Both the position numbers and the translations under genes were made by a program. DNA of 59,872 nucleotides, from the NCBI RefSeq assembly GCF_001194135.2, contig NC_068999.1, forward strand, positions 25,771,877-25,831,748, written 5' to 3'. The notes under the pieces were generated by a model that saw only the letters and a program-made list of their open reading frames with translations, had not been told where the DNA came from and did not search any database. The first letter of the stretch is position 1. Every line of letters begins with the position of its first letter. This document shows positions 11,951 to 24,910 of this stretch, in pieces. The DNA comes from Octopus bimaculoides (lineage: Eukaryota).

Positions 11951-12295
11951 GTTCTATATTTAAGATATGTGGAATTATGCACATTATTTATATTTGACGG
12001 ATATTTGTCCTCATCTTGTTTGTTAACACAACGTTTTGGCTTAACCACTACGCCATATGCCCACGGGCATAGTGGTTAAGAGCGCGTGCTACTAACCCCA
12101 AGATTCCGAGTTTAATTCCAAACAGTGACCTTAATAATAATAATAATAACATCAAAAAATACCTTAGGAATGAGAACCCAGGTTCAAAATTTTCCCAAGA
12201 CACCTGATGAAAGCTGGAGGGTATAGCAGCCAAAACATGTTAACAACAAACAAGATTAGGACAAATATCTGTCAAATGTAGATAATGTAAATAAT
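11951..12295 (+). mobile_element. tRNA-headed hammerhead-tail SINE (family A) with upstream inverted tail fragment
   Basis: A box TAGTGGTTAAG about 12070-12080, B-box-like 12108-12119, (AAT)n, then a tail with CTGATGA 12204-12210 (GAAA mutated to AAAA). Inverted arm at 11951-12061. Confidence 0.75.
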
Positions 12296-12774
12296 ATATG
12301 AAAATATTTATATTTTACTCATGGAGTCATTTTAAATGCATTATTAATATTCATAATACTGCTTTGAAGCAAATCCCAGCATTCCAAAGTTGGTCTGGAT
12401 GCTCTTTTTATATCTTCAGAAAATCCACACAAGACATACAATTGAGTAGTTGTAAACTATGAACTTCATAGTAACTAATATTAAAATTGGATGCATTCTT
12501 ATCTGTGTAATTTCCTAGTTATTCCACACACTGCTTGGTTGTTCATTAATACTTAAACTTAAAAAAAGCAAACCACTTAGTTGACTTATGTTGTATAAAG
12601 CCTCAAGTATTTGATTTTACATATATCAATGGATAGTTAAATTAAAGTGAAATAATCTTGCTTAGCAAATTAGCTGTGGATGTTACATTTTTATTTTTTA
12701 TGTGTTTCAGACCAAAGGTTGTGGCCGTCCTGGGGCATCACCATTTTTCTTCTTTTTAATTTTTCTTTTAGGTT

Positions 12775-12991
12775 TAAGCCCCCCAGCATTTAAACCAGCC
12801 ATATCTATCCCAAATATGCCACCTGTTTTACATTCAAACCAGCCAGATCTAACTTTCAACGTCATTCTTTTTTAAAATACACAACCACATCATTGAAATT
12901 TCAAAGCTACAAGATAATACATGATTAATTAAAAACAATAAGAATGAAACAGCATTACAATTGACAGAATAATCTGAATGCTAAAGGGTTT
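12775..12991. mobile_element. piggyBac-like MITE
   Basis: ttaagcccccagcatt ... aatgctaaagggtttaa termini (TTAA-CCC type). Confidence 0.55.
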
Positions 12992-13689
12992 AAATGTTTA
13001 TCAGTATTATGAGAATAGACAGATACATACATCAGCAGACAGGACAGCAGATATTCAAATATGCTGATTTACACTGTGGAATTTCCATAGCTCTCTGTAT
13101 CAAAAGCTTTTATAATCAATGAAACTTAGTACAGGTCTGGTTGTACATCCATTGTCCTGTCAATGATGTTTCATAGGATGTACACAGCATTAACTGTTCT
13201 GTTACTCTCAAACCATTACTTTTTCTATTAGTGAGTACTCAATTCAGTTGAGTCCTTTCATATTACACCCTTATGTATTTCAATTAATATGTTAACCGTT
13301 ACAGCCTGTAACTGAAACTTACCGATGACACCATATATTTTTGGTCACACTGCATACTCTTTAATTACAAATAAATTTAATATTTTTGCATTTTTACAAT
13401 ATTTCATAATTTTAATATTTAGCACTCATGTTATTTAAATATCCTCAAAACCATGTCAAAGATAAAGACTGAAAATGTACCACCAGTGGTGTATATGGTA
13501 GTTACGTGAAGTTTGCAAAGAACCACTGATGGTACATGTAGCAGTTAATGTGTTAAATACTGTAGATTTTGTAAAATAACTTCTTCTTTATTGGTGTATG
13601 AGTGTGGTGTTTGGAATACTAAAATTTGAAGAAAAAAACTGTAGCTGAAGTTTAGTCATAAAATTATATTAATTACAAGTCTGTTTTAT

Positions 13690-14040
13690 TATTTATTTGT
13701 TTCAGTCATTAGACTGTGGCCATGCTGGGGCACCACCTTCAAAAATTTTTATCGAAATGGATCAACCCTAGTACTTATTCTATCAGTCTCTTTTGCTGAA
13801 TTTCTAAATTACTGGGACATAAACGCACCAACACCAGTTGTCAAGCAGTAGTGGGGGACAAACACACACACACACATATATACATATGTATATATGACAG
13901 GCATCTTTCAATTCCCGTCAACCAAATCCCTTCACAAGCATTGATTGGCTTGAGGTTATAGCAGAAGACACTTGCCCAAGGAGCTATGCAGTAAAATTGA
14001 ACTCAGAACTACGTCGTTGGGAAGCAAGCTTCTTACCACT
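13690..14040 (-). mobile_element. tRNA-derived SINE (common family; also 29335-29690 -, 36127-36505 +, partial 26600-26680 and 32262-32395)
   Basis: Shared core gggcaagtgtcttctactatagc...gtgagtggattt and tail gtgctccagcatggccacagtc across copies. Confidence 0.75.
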
Positions 14041-16128
14041 TATTTTTTTGTTTAGATATTACAATATAGAGATTTTAGCTAGTTTACAACAGGAATATAT
14101 AATAGAATTAGAGTGTAGTATAAGTGTGTACTTTACTAAAAAAAAGCATGTGAAGTTGCGTAAAAAAAAAAAGCATGTGCACTACCAAAGTAAAATACCA
14201 TTAAATTGAAGAAAACCGCAATGAAATAATTTCAGTTTGCATACATAATAAGGATGAAAACATTCACTAATAAAAGATACAATTCTCAAATGCAGGATAA
14301 TGCTAATAATATAGCCGGAACAGAATAAACTATCCATATTTTGGAGAAAAATCTCCTTGTCTATGTCTTTCAATACATCTCAATACTTCTAAAGCAAACT
14401 TTGTTGACTTTCAATGTAAGCTGAATTTAATTCATTAATAAAGTAATTTGTCACTCATTCTACAAATAAAATTTCAGGGACATAAAATTTAAAATTAAAA
14501 TGTTGGATATTGGACAATAAAAGTATTTCATAAAAATAAATTATCTCAATTTTTAAAATAGGCACACCATATCCCTGTGTGTTATAAGAGGTTATAAAAG
14601 GGTTGGCATTAGGAAGGATACCCAGCTGTGAAATTAAGTCCTCAAAAAGCCTTATCCTATCTCTACCAGCTTCTGTGCAATGACAACCAGAAAATTAATT
14701 CAATTAACTTTCCAGTGATTGCTTTGCTTTTTTTGTGTTTGTTTTTTATATGTTGGCATTTTCAGCATAGATTTTTAGCTTGGCTTCTGTCTTTATGTTC
14801 TTGCTTGATGGGGCTGGGGTCATTCCAAGTTAGTGGCCACAGAGGTGTTATCATGCATAGAGCTGACTGGGTCCACCAGTGCTCTCCATCGCCGGTGGTC
14901 TAGTGTCAACCCCTTTTCATCCTCCAAGGTGGCATCAAGTCTATGGAGATTTTTCCCAATCCTGTCAAGCCCACAGCAGCTGCAGGCTGGAATACTTTTG
15001 CATATCGATTTTCTTCTACTTACAGAGGAGCCTGAATTCAGAATTTCTGCTGATAGCTTTCTTCATCCTCCCTATAGTTTTATATCTATCTAAATATATT
15101 TTCCCCTTCATGAACTCCATTCCATTCTCTACCATTCCATTTATATCCACATCCTTGTACCTTGAGAGTATGCCCTGGCACATTTCATTCTCTCAAACTG
15201 GAATAACCATGTATCTCCTCTACAGCAAGACACCTGTTTCTGTCTTTCTATAATGGTTTAACTCACATCACCTGGCACAAAACCACCATCTTCAACACCA
15301 CACTCTCTCTCAGTTAAGGGATCTTTATCTTACAAGTTATGTGATGAGCTCACCAATGCTGGTGCCACATAAAAAGCACCCAGTCCACTCTATAAAGTAG
15401 TTGACATTAGGAGGGGCATCCAGCTGTAAAAACCATGTCAAAGCAAACAATGGAGCTTGGCGCAGTTCCCAGGCTTACCAGTTCCTGTCAAACAGTTCAA
15501 CCCTTGCCAGCATGGAAGATGGACTTTAAATGATGATGATGATGATGATATATATATATATATACACACACACACATACATACATACATACAAACAGACA
15601 GACATCATGAATAGCCATCCTCAACAGCTTAGCAACACTGCAGCCCTCAGAATATCTTCTCTGCCCGTGTATTCTCTTAAAGAAATTATAAGTTGGACCA
15701 ACACCAACAGCTTCTTTAACCTTAGAGGGAGGTCCTGTAGAGCTATTAGCACAGCTCTGAAGTGTGAAAAAAAAACAAAAACCGATATTAACACATATTA
15801 AAATCCACTCAAATCTCTCACCTTTTCCCCTCTGCAAATTCTAATAAACACAAAAATTTACAACTAAACAGCTGTAGCATGATCAATCTCCATATCAGGC
15901 CCAACTCTGTGCTTAGTGATACATAAAAATCAGAGCTAATCCCTTTCAATGTTTAAGAAGCTGGACAGTAAATAGATGGTAACCTGTCTTACTTTACACA
16001 TTACAACTAAATTACTCAGTTAAAAAATTAACATGTTACAGCATAATCTTGGGCCCAGTGAAAACAAGTTACACATTTGACTGGAAGCAATCTCTCAAAC
16101 ATGGGTCTGCCAGAATGAACTGAAATAT

Positions 16129-17319
16129 TGCTGTGGAAGGATTCCGACCACCCCTCAAGTGACTAAAGGTAGACTGTCTCATTGTTATAAATTAAAGAAC
16201 TGTGAGCAATTGACAGTTCGGGTTTGTAAACAGTTCACTGTGAGCCGTGACTGAGAGCATTGAGTCTTGTGTAATATTTATAGTAGTGCATTATGTAGAT
16301 ACTTTCTTTCCCCACTGCTTCATTATATTATATATCCAATACAAGGATATAAAAGTGGCAACAAGTTGTTTGAAGCTTGTGTTAGACGTTTAAAATTTTT
16401 TTTTCTCGATAGGAAACCAAAGAAAAAAATCATTTAACACAGAGAACTTATTGGCCTCCATGGTGCAGTTGCAACAACAACAACAACAAAACCAACAGTT
16501 GTTGGAATTAATGTTGAAGAAGTCTGAAAATACTTCAGGTTTGTACTCACCAGACAGCGTAGCAAACTCAATTGAAGAATTCAGCTATACTCCAGAAGAA
16601 GGGATTACCTTCTGTGCATATTTTTATAGATACAAAGAAATCTTCAAAGAAGAGTGTAAAAGTTTTGTTTTTCTATTTTGTCTATATGTATTAACCTGCA
16701 AAACTTTAACTGTGGAAGACAATGTGACTCCACTGTCACCATTGAGGACAGTTAAAGGTGAAGAAGTTAAATTTGTTACTGTACGATGGACTAAAACTAC
16801 AGCTTTCAATACTGGGAAAGTGTAGGGAACGCCATCGAAAAGAGTGTAAAAGTTGGTCTGACAAGAAAAATGTATGACTACTTTCAAGACAGAAATCCCC
16901 ATGGAAATATTGTATGACATTTTTGAGGTACCAACACCCAAACAATTTGAAACTACGCGTTCTAGCACCAGAAAACAGAAAAGAATGGAAACACTGGAAT
17001 TTAACTCTAAGCGTAAGAGACATTAAAACTCTGAGCAGAGTTCAATTCTCAAAAGGGGAGAAGTGAGGGGAAACTAATTCTAAAAAGGGGAAATGTTGTG
17101 AAAGGATTCTGACCACCCATCGTGACTGAAGGTGGACTGTCTCATTGTTATAAATTAAAGGACTGTGAGCAATTGACAGTTCAGATTGGTAAGCAGTTCA
17201 CTGTGAGCCATGATTGAGAGTGTAGAGTCTTGTGTAATATTTTGTTGTGTAAATACTTTCTTTTCCTCCTGCTTTGTTATATTACATATCGAATACATGG
17301 ATATAAAAGTTATTTAACA
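16129..17319 (+). mobile_element. Internally deleted Ty3/Gypsy LTR element
   Basis: Direct repeats 16129-~16360 and 17094-17319 (TG...CA), PPT aaaaaggggaaa 17082-17093, poly-Q gag start (FSYTPEEGITF) and an integrase C-terminal remnant. Confidence 0.8.
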
Positions 17320-17494
17320 GCAAGCCTCAGTGCAGGTCTTATCATTGGTATACATAAATACAAGTGATAAATTGGCAGAGTTTACCCATAGAAAATTGTA
17401 ACAGGAACTGTGTATAAATTTAGAGGTATAAACTCATTAACAGCCATTAATACTGAAGTTTTCATTATACATAGCAAATGTAAATTGAATGCTG

Positions 17495-18345
17495 AGGTGC
17501 TGAGGTGGTGAGGCAAGACCTTCGTACATTGGGCCTCACCGAGGCGATGACTACGGACCGAGACCTTTGGAAATGGGCTGTGCGTGAGAAGACCCGGCAA
17601 GCCAAGTAAGATCGTTGCCAGTGCCCCTGGACTGGTTCTTGTGCGGGTGGCACATGAGATGCACCATTTTGAGCGTGGCCGTTGCCAGTACCGCCTGACT
17701 GGCTCCTGTAGGATTTTCGAGCGAGATCGTTGCCAGTGCCCCTGGACTGGCTTGTGCGGGTGGCACATAAAAGACACCATTTCGAGCGTGGCCGTTTTCG
17801 TGCGGGTGACACGTAAAAGCACCCACTACACTCTCTGAGTGGTTGGCGTTAGGAAGGGCATCCAGCTGTAGAAACTCTGCCAAATCAGACTGGAGCCTGG
17901 TGTTGCCATCCGGTTTCNNNNNNNNNNTGCGTGAGAAGACCCGGCAAGCCAAGTAAGATCGTTGCCAGTGCCCCTGGACTGGTTCTTGTGCGGGTGGCAC
18001 ATGAGATGCACCATTTTGAGCGTGGCCGTTGCCAGTACCGCCTGACTGGCTCCTGTAGGATTTTCGAGCGAGATCGTTGCCAGTGCCCCTGGACTGGCTT
18101 GTGCGGGTGGCACATAAAAGACACCATTTCGAGCGTGGCCGTTTTCGTGCGGGTGACACGTAAAAGCACCCACTACACTCTCTGAGTGGTTGGCGTTAGG
18201 AAGGGCATCCAGCTGTAGAAACTCTGCCAAATCAGACTGGAGCCTGGTGTTGCCATCCGGTTTCACCAGTCCTCAGTCAAATCGTCCAACCCATGCTAGC
18301 ATGGAAAGCGGACGTTAAACGATGATGATGATGATGATGATGAAT
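17495..18345 (+). mobile_element. RTE LINE 3' end (C-terminus + 3'UTR + (GAT)n tail), partly duplicated across a gap
   Basis: VVRQDLRTLGLTEAMTTDRDLWKWAVREKTRQAK*, then UTR and gatgatgat tail. Related tails at 15340-15546, 31045-31152, 49152-49437 (-) and 51925-52115. Confidence 0.8.
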
Positions 18346-18424
18346 GCATTATTTTCAGGTGACAGAGGTGAAAGAGAAATTTTCAAAAGGTTTCATTTTG
18401 TAAGTTTAGGAAAGCTGAAAATAC

Positions 18425-18576
18425 CTCTTGTCGTTTGGTCATTAACAGGTCAAGTCTTTCAGTAGCTCGCTTGTTCTGATTTTTTTGTCTTTCAGATTCA
18501 TACTGACGTTGTGTGTTGTCAAGATTAATGCTGAGATTTAAAGCAACATCTACCAACGCTGTCATTAATTTCATGG
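18425..18576 (-). CDS. STAG1/2: STAG exon (152 nt): [30 protein letters not shown]...KRQE
   Basis: Matches STAG1 [26 protein letters not shown]; ttttacag| acceptor and |gtattt donor, phase 1 to 0. Confidence 0.97.
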
Positions 18577-19384
18577 CTGTAAAAAGAATATGGTTTTGGT
18601 TTGAAGTTAAAAACAAATGGAATCTTTTTACAATTTTAATTCTTCAGTAGTTCATTCAGTCAGCTTAATGTATTATTAATGCTTCATGAACATGAGTAGA
18701 AATGGAATTCTTAAAAATGTGAATTTTGTGGTATATAAGTGTGGTTTATGAGTACATTTGGAGTGAGTAAAAATTGACACAGTCATCATACAAGAGCTAT
18801 TTTAACCATCCAAAATTAGACAAAACTATTAACTTTAAAAAATTTTTTTTTAGGTGTTAAAAAAATATGACAAATTTAACACATTTTATATGCTTTTTTA
18901 TAACTATAATGGCTCTTCTAACAAATTTAAAATGTAAAATAACCCAAACCTGAAGAAAGTACATAATAGGTGATTTTATTGCAAAAGGCAGTAGAAAAAA
19001 CACCAACAATATAACAGGCCAATGAAGATGGCGTGAAAGAAATAAACAAGCTGACTAATCAGTTTTGTCAAAGAAACAATTCAGTCATCAACAATACTCT
19101 ATTCTAGTATCTTCAGAAAAATTATATATAAATAGGTATCACTATGAATTTTTGAAAATATTTAAATCTAACTCCTACCGTGTTTTTTCTTGGAGAGCAT
19201 CTAAAATTTTGATACCTTATTTGTGAAATTTGGATGAATATTTTAGGAAATATGACAATCTGAATGGTCAACGAATTGGTCAAAATATTGCCTAATTGGT
19301 CTAAATGAATGAATAGCTATATCTGTGGTGTATATCTTTGAACCTGAGGTAATAACCATCTGCAAATTATACAAATTAATAGTG

Positions 19385-19830
19385 TCCTACTGTTATTTCA
19401 AAGAAACCTCTCTTTCCATCAGGTGTCATAATATTTGCTTTTGTGTCTTCATAAAGCTTTGCTATTTGCATTGAAAAGATTTGGAAGTACGTTATAAGCT
19501 TTCAGGATTTTGAGCACCTTGCCTGTGGGTGGAATCAAAAGCCTTCTTGAAATCAACATACAGGACAACAGCTTTTCTATTGTATGCTCTGACCTCTTCA
19601 ATTAACCTCCTCAGAGTCAGAATGTGCATTGCTGTGGTTCTACCAGGTCAAAATCCATTCTGATTTTATTGTAAATGTTTAGTGATGATTGGTTGTAATC
19701 AGTTATTGCAATGCCTCTATAGCTCTTGGTATTGCTGGTATCTGATTTGGATAATTGTTCTTGTTCAGTTTGTTTGCAAAGTATAGCACAATTTCATCAA
19801 AATTGCATCTTTTCAATGTCATAGCCAAAT
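19385..19830 (-). mobile_element. RTE/RTEX-like RT fragment
   Basis: Minus-strand translation includes HILTLRRLIEEVRAYNRKAVVLYVDFKKAFDS and KLYEDTKA. Confidence 0.7.
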
Positions 19831-19985
19831 TTGTGGCATTGTAAGTTGGAAATCATCATCATTATTTCAAGAGCTAAAACTAAGAAAAACATATATGGTA
19901 GGTATAAAGTGTGAAGAATTTTCAATAACTTCATGAGTAGAGCCAATAGCTTTATAATACAGCAAAGAAATTCATTTTACTTTAC

Positions 19986-20190
19986 CTGCTAGTGTACTTG
20001 TATGTCTGAAAGCTCGCACTTGAGAATCAGTAAGACCAGTTAACAGGGAAATAACATTATCCATCATATATTGATCATATATGATGCTGTACTGACACTG
20101 ACGAACTAACGTCTGAACGAATTCACAATAGTTTGTTTTAAACTTTTTCCACTGTGGTCCCGTCATAATCAACGGGTAATCTCCACTTTC
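19986..20190 (-). CDS. STAG1/2: STAG-domain exon (205 nt): [18 protein letters not shown]...[14 protein letters not shown]
   Basis: Near-identical to the STAG domain motif [24 protein letters not shown]; gcag| acceptor and |gtaaa donor, phase 0 to 1. Confidence 0.98.
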
Positions 20191-20229
20191 CTGCAATAAA
20201 AAATTTTCTCAATTTAAAATCATGACATA

Positions 20230-20818
20230 CACATATTAAACATGATGTAGCAGGAAAAAAATGGCTGTTGTAGTCTGATACTACATAGTAGCAATTAGCA
20301 AATAAATTATTAAAACTTCCACCTTCACACTTGTTTAGTAAAATTGTCTTTGCTGTCACTATCGCCTCTTTTAGTTTCTTCAGAATCACTGCTTTTGGTT
20401 TCAGATACAGAAATATCCCATTCATTCTCATACACCACATGCTTTTGTACCTCATTCATTCTTTTTCTCAATATCTCCATATTTTCCATTGAAAAACCTT
20501 TAAATTTAGAATCACTGCTTAATAGCATGAAACTCCTATCCATTTTCAAAGTTAAAAAAAAAATCGATGCCAAAAATATGTGGAAAAAAATCCCCCAAAA
20601 TTCACTGAGTTCAGATGTCATGTCAAGCAATGTCAAATACTATAACTCAACTATTTACAAAGTGAAATCACGTATTTTCATAAATGTACTAATGAGATTT
20701 GTGTTTAAATTCACATTTAAATAACAATGTGTACTCTCGGCCGGCCACAGCCGGGTTGGTCTTATGAACCAAAAAATTTTTTGGCTGGCTATGGCCAGGT
20801 TAATATCGAAAGGGTTAA
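20230..20818 (-). mobile_element. piggyBac-like element 5' end
   Basis: TTAA-CCCTTTCGATA terminus at 20818-20803 and an acidic Ser-rich remnant ORF. The other end was not found. Confidence 0.45.
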
Positions 20819-20879
20819 TGAGTCTTCTCTGCAAAACAATTATGGTACCAACATAAACTCAAGGAAGCAGGAGAAAATG

Positions 20880-21520
20880 AACAACTGAATGATCTCCGTT
20901 ATGGGGAGCTCTGTGCAACACATAACTTTTTAACCTCTTTAGTTAAAACCACGATGGTCTGGAGTGTGGCCGACTGATCTGAATCCTGCTGCTGAGGTAA
21001 AACTGCTACTGTAGCTGGGGAAGAAGAAGAAACAGTAGCAATCTTGTCAATGAGTCTGTCGCCAGTATATTCCAAAATCCTGTCCACTGAGGAAGCTAGA
21101 ATTGGAGGCAGAATAGCCTGCACGTTTGACGGTAAACATAAAAAGAAAAGTTGCTTAATCAAAAAACTATCCTGAGAAACTGGGATGGCATCCTATCACC
21201 TAAATGCTCGTCACTGACCAGTGTATTGAAGCGTTTCTCAACTGGGAGCAATGTTCTATGAAGAACTTTATTTTCAATACTGATATAAGATGCATCTGCC
21301 AATGGGTCGGTGATTAAATCCTTTAGTTGTGTGGCGAAAGCAGAAGGAATAGCACTTAATAAGATGTGAAGTTATCGTCATTCTCAATTGGTGTTTTTTG
21401 CTGCGAAATATGATTGGACCTGGGCAAACCAGACTTGAACATCGCCACAAGATACCTGCTATGTTTTTCCTGTTTTTATAACCCATTTGGAAACTTGGTT
21501 GATTAGACCACCCTAGCAAT
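20880..21520 (-). mobile_element. Ty3/Gypsy gag remnant
   Basis: IKQLFFLCLPSNVQAIL...DKIA parallels the gag ORF at 37259 (KQLFLQCLPSKAQVVL...ADKIA). Confidence 0.6.
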
Positions 21521-23359
21521 GCCCACGATATATCAGCTGAAGTCTTATTCGCTGTTTATAACTAATTTGGAAACCATGGCAAAGTAGACAGCTCTATCTG
21601 TACTTTTAATATTCCTGCTGAAATGCTATTAGTTCCTATTAGCAGCTTTTGTCAATTCTGAGAGCCCCAGTGTCCTTATTATAATTTGGCTATGCTTCTT
21701 TAACAGTGTTCTTCTTCAACACTATGCAACCTTTTCTGGTGTTAATCTGTATTCATCCTACAGCCTGTGAAATACTCAAGTCAAATTATATAATATGTTA
21801 TGCCAGATTAAATCATGTCTCACTACACATACATCCTTCAACAAATGTTTGACGTTTGTTAACATTCACAACTGGAAAATATTTCTGCATACACACTTTG
21901 TTCAGTGCTTGTAAAAACTGTACAAATAAATTGTTACGTGTGAAAAACGAATTATACCTTCTGAACTTCTTGAAACATGGAACTCTTTTTCTTCAGTGAT
22001 ATACCTCACTAAAAGTTGGTGACTTTACTTACAGCATTTGACTTATGTTACAGATGTTTCAAGTATATGTCTGTAATTTTATCTAGTTCTGAGACTTGAG
22101 GTTTATTTTAATTTTCCTACTACATTTTGGGTGTTTGATAGAAGGAAGGTGCATATTTTTTGTTTTATCTTTCTTTTTTTTCTAGTGTACAAACAACAAA
22201 TTAGCTTCTTTATAGACTAACTAGACTAGACCTAACTATGCCCCAATCTATATATAACAAACAGCAAGACAGCACTAACATCATAACAAGTTGTGTGCAG
22301 ACTACTTACACAAAAAAAAAAAACATGTGAGAAGTGCAGTTTGTTGCCTTAGAAACCTTTCAGCTCCACAGACTGTGAAAACCAACTACAAACATTATGA
22401 TACATAAGAGTACAATTATAACATTCTGAAACCACCTCCAGTTCAGATGAAGAATGCATAAAGAACACGCAACACCAAAAATAAATAAAAAGGAACAGCA
22501 ACTGCTCCATTCTTGAATTCATTTTGCCCACTTCCACTGTAACCAACTGCCAAACTTGCAGAACCATGAAGGGTTTGATGAGTTATTTGAAGCAGGTTTT
22601 TACAGCACAATATGATGTCACAATCCCTTACCAGTTTTTCAAGAGAGAGACTTTTTATTCCAGAGGTTTTGAAAGCACAGAACAACTGGTCATAATGTGA
22701 ATAACAGGAGTAAAATAATGCAGCTGATGACTTAATTCTATATAAGAAATTATTCCTAGTTTTTTTTTACTATAATAATTGTACAGCTATGAACAGAAAC
22801 AGAAGGTATAAGTAAAAAAAACTGATGTATTGCAATTGAAACAATATGACTGGAAGAGCATATATGGTTGTTATGTAGTAAACAAAACTGAATGAAACTC
22901 AATTAGACTGAATCACTCAAATCTGTTCACTCCATGATAATGTGCAAATCTGTACAATACAGTGACAAAATAAACTGATGACACACTATCTTAACTTTGC
23001 TCTTCTAAATTAACTTTTGGGTTATAACTAGTGCCTTGATTATGATCTTTCTATGTGTAGACATTCAACCACTGAATTATGACATCTATTCATCAACAAG
23101 CCTTACTTACTTACATTACAACACAGTCATTTATATCATCATCATCATCAAATTTCTAGTTAGGTTTTTTTATGATTTGGACTGATAAAACACATTTTTA
23201 AGTTAACTTTAGAAAAAAGTTGGATGTCACCATAACACTAAGACTAGCAGATGGACAACTAATTTAGTTTACTCAAGTAAAATAGGAAATTTTAGACTAT
23301 GAAAGAAAATTTTATCACTTCATATTTGGGGAAAAAAGAATATGCATATATATATTTAC

Positions 23360-23533
23360 CTCATCAAATTCTTCAGTCATTTTCCTGATAATTTCAGCAT
23401 GTTCCATATTAGAATACATGTAAGGTGTAATCTTACCCTTACAACCGGAACATTGTATAAAGAACTGAATGAGTTCAAGTAAAGCTGCATCGCGGTCGTT
23501 TTTGTAGGCTTCAATCCAATCATCTATAAGAGA
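23360..23533 (-). CDS. STAG1/2: STAG exon (174 nt): [33 protein letters not shown]...[11 protein letters not shown]
   Basis: Strong match to STAG1/2 [29 protein letters not shown]; tttcag| acceptor and |gtaaat donor. Confidence 0.97.
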
Positions 23534-23568
23534 CTGAAAATAAAAGGTAAATGTTGAAATATGACTGT

Positions 23569-24910
23569 TGCAGTGAAAATGGTACACTCCTTCGCATGTG
23601 ACAAAATAGTATGACCCAGCCACTATAAAGTCAGATAGTCAATCATTGTAGGAGGTCAGTAGTAGTAGAGTCATTGTACAAGTTCTCAGTTAGAGCCAGT
23701 GCCAGTTACGTGATATATATGAGTTCGAGTTACAGTCAAAGTAGACTTTTCAAAGTCATTGTCTTGCAGAGCTATCAGCACAACAGATGAGTCAAAGATA
23801 ATCAGACACAGAATACCACCACAACATATTAGAGGCAACAAGAATATTACAGTGCCAACAACAACATACAAGTAGACGAGGGTCCACATTATAACAGTGA
23901 TGACAAGGATATAAACATTTCACGCAGACGATGTTGAAACAAAGAAAATTTTTTCGCAAAAAAATAATAAAATAATTCATGCAGATGATGTTGAAAAATT
24001 TTCACATGGAAAAATTAACAACTTAACATAAGAGTAACAAACATTTTTGTTGTATATATTTTACAAAAAAATCTGTAAAATTATAGAAAACTTGTAAGAG
24101 GATTTAGTTGAGTTGAAAAAACAGCAACAACAACAGCTCAAAGAACAACAAATGCTACAACAAAATTGGTGATAAGGTGTACAATAGGTTGTATAAAAAG
24201 GGAAAACAATACTGGGAAGAAGGAAAAATGACAAAGTACATAGGAAAAATGATGTACAGAATTAAAAGCAGAAAAGGTATTGGAAAAAGACACAGAAACC
24301 AATCGAAGAAGAGATTCATAGAAAATGAACCAGACAGATTGGAAGAACCTATGGAATGGCTGTAGAACACATTTCAGGTACCAACACCATTACAGGGGTT
24401 GAACCCATGTGTACAAGTGGAAGAAAAAGAACACAGAGTTCCTACAAATAGATGCCAAAAAGAAAAATATTAAGTTGGAAAAAAAAAACGCTAAAAAGGA
24501 GGAGGGATGAATAAAGTAAAATAAAATTACTTGCTTCCCTAAGCAAAAAAAAACCTAAAAGAGGAGGGGTTGTAGTGAAAATTGTACACTCCTTCCCACA
24601 TGACAAAGTGGTATGAACCAACCACTATAAAGTCAGACAGTCAGTCATTGTACAAGTTCTCAGTTGAAGTCAGTGTCAGTTACGTGATATATACAAGTTC
24701 AAGTTACTGTCAAGGTAGATATTTCAAAGTCACTGTCTTGCAGAGCTGTCAGCAATAGCATGATAGACGAGTCAAAGATAATATGACGTGGAATACCACC
24801 ACAACATATTAGTGGCGACAAGAATAATACAGGGCTGACAACAACATACAAGTGGATGAGGATCCAAATTATAACAGTGATTTAAGCACGAAATGTAAAG
24901 TTGGTATACA
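23569..24910 (+). mobile_element. Second internally deleted Ty3/Gypsy LTR element
   Basis: Direct repeats ~23569-23900 and 24571-~24910, PPT aaaagaggagggg 24557-24569, poly-Q gag-like start and an integrase-end remnant (FQVPTP). Confidence 0.72.

Noticed and set aside
12062-12130. tRNA-like sequences here and at 40220-40288 and 52481-52555 as tRNA genes
   Set aside because: There is no complete acceptor stem, and each is fused to a repeat tail; these are SINE heads.
16451-16825. Poly-Q ORF as a host gene exon
   Set aside because: It sits between LTRs and matches a Gypsy gag start; it has no splice chain.
17382-18266. Multiple overlapping 80-200 aa ORFs, and short internal direct repeats as a CRISPR-like array
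   Set aside because: This is a GC-rich RTE 3'UTR duplicated by an assembly artefact. The repeats are irregular, there are no cas genes, and the context is eukaryotic.
22349-22685. Minus-strand ORFs with faint transposase-like wording
   Set aside because: Similarity is too weak to name a family without a profile search.
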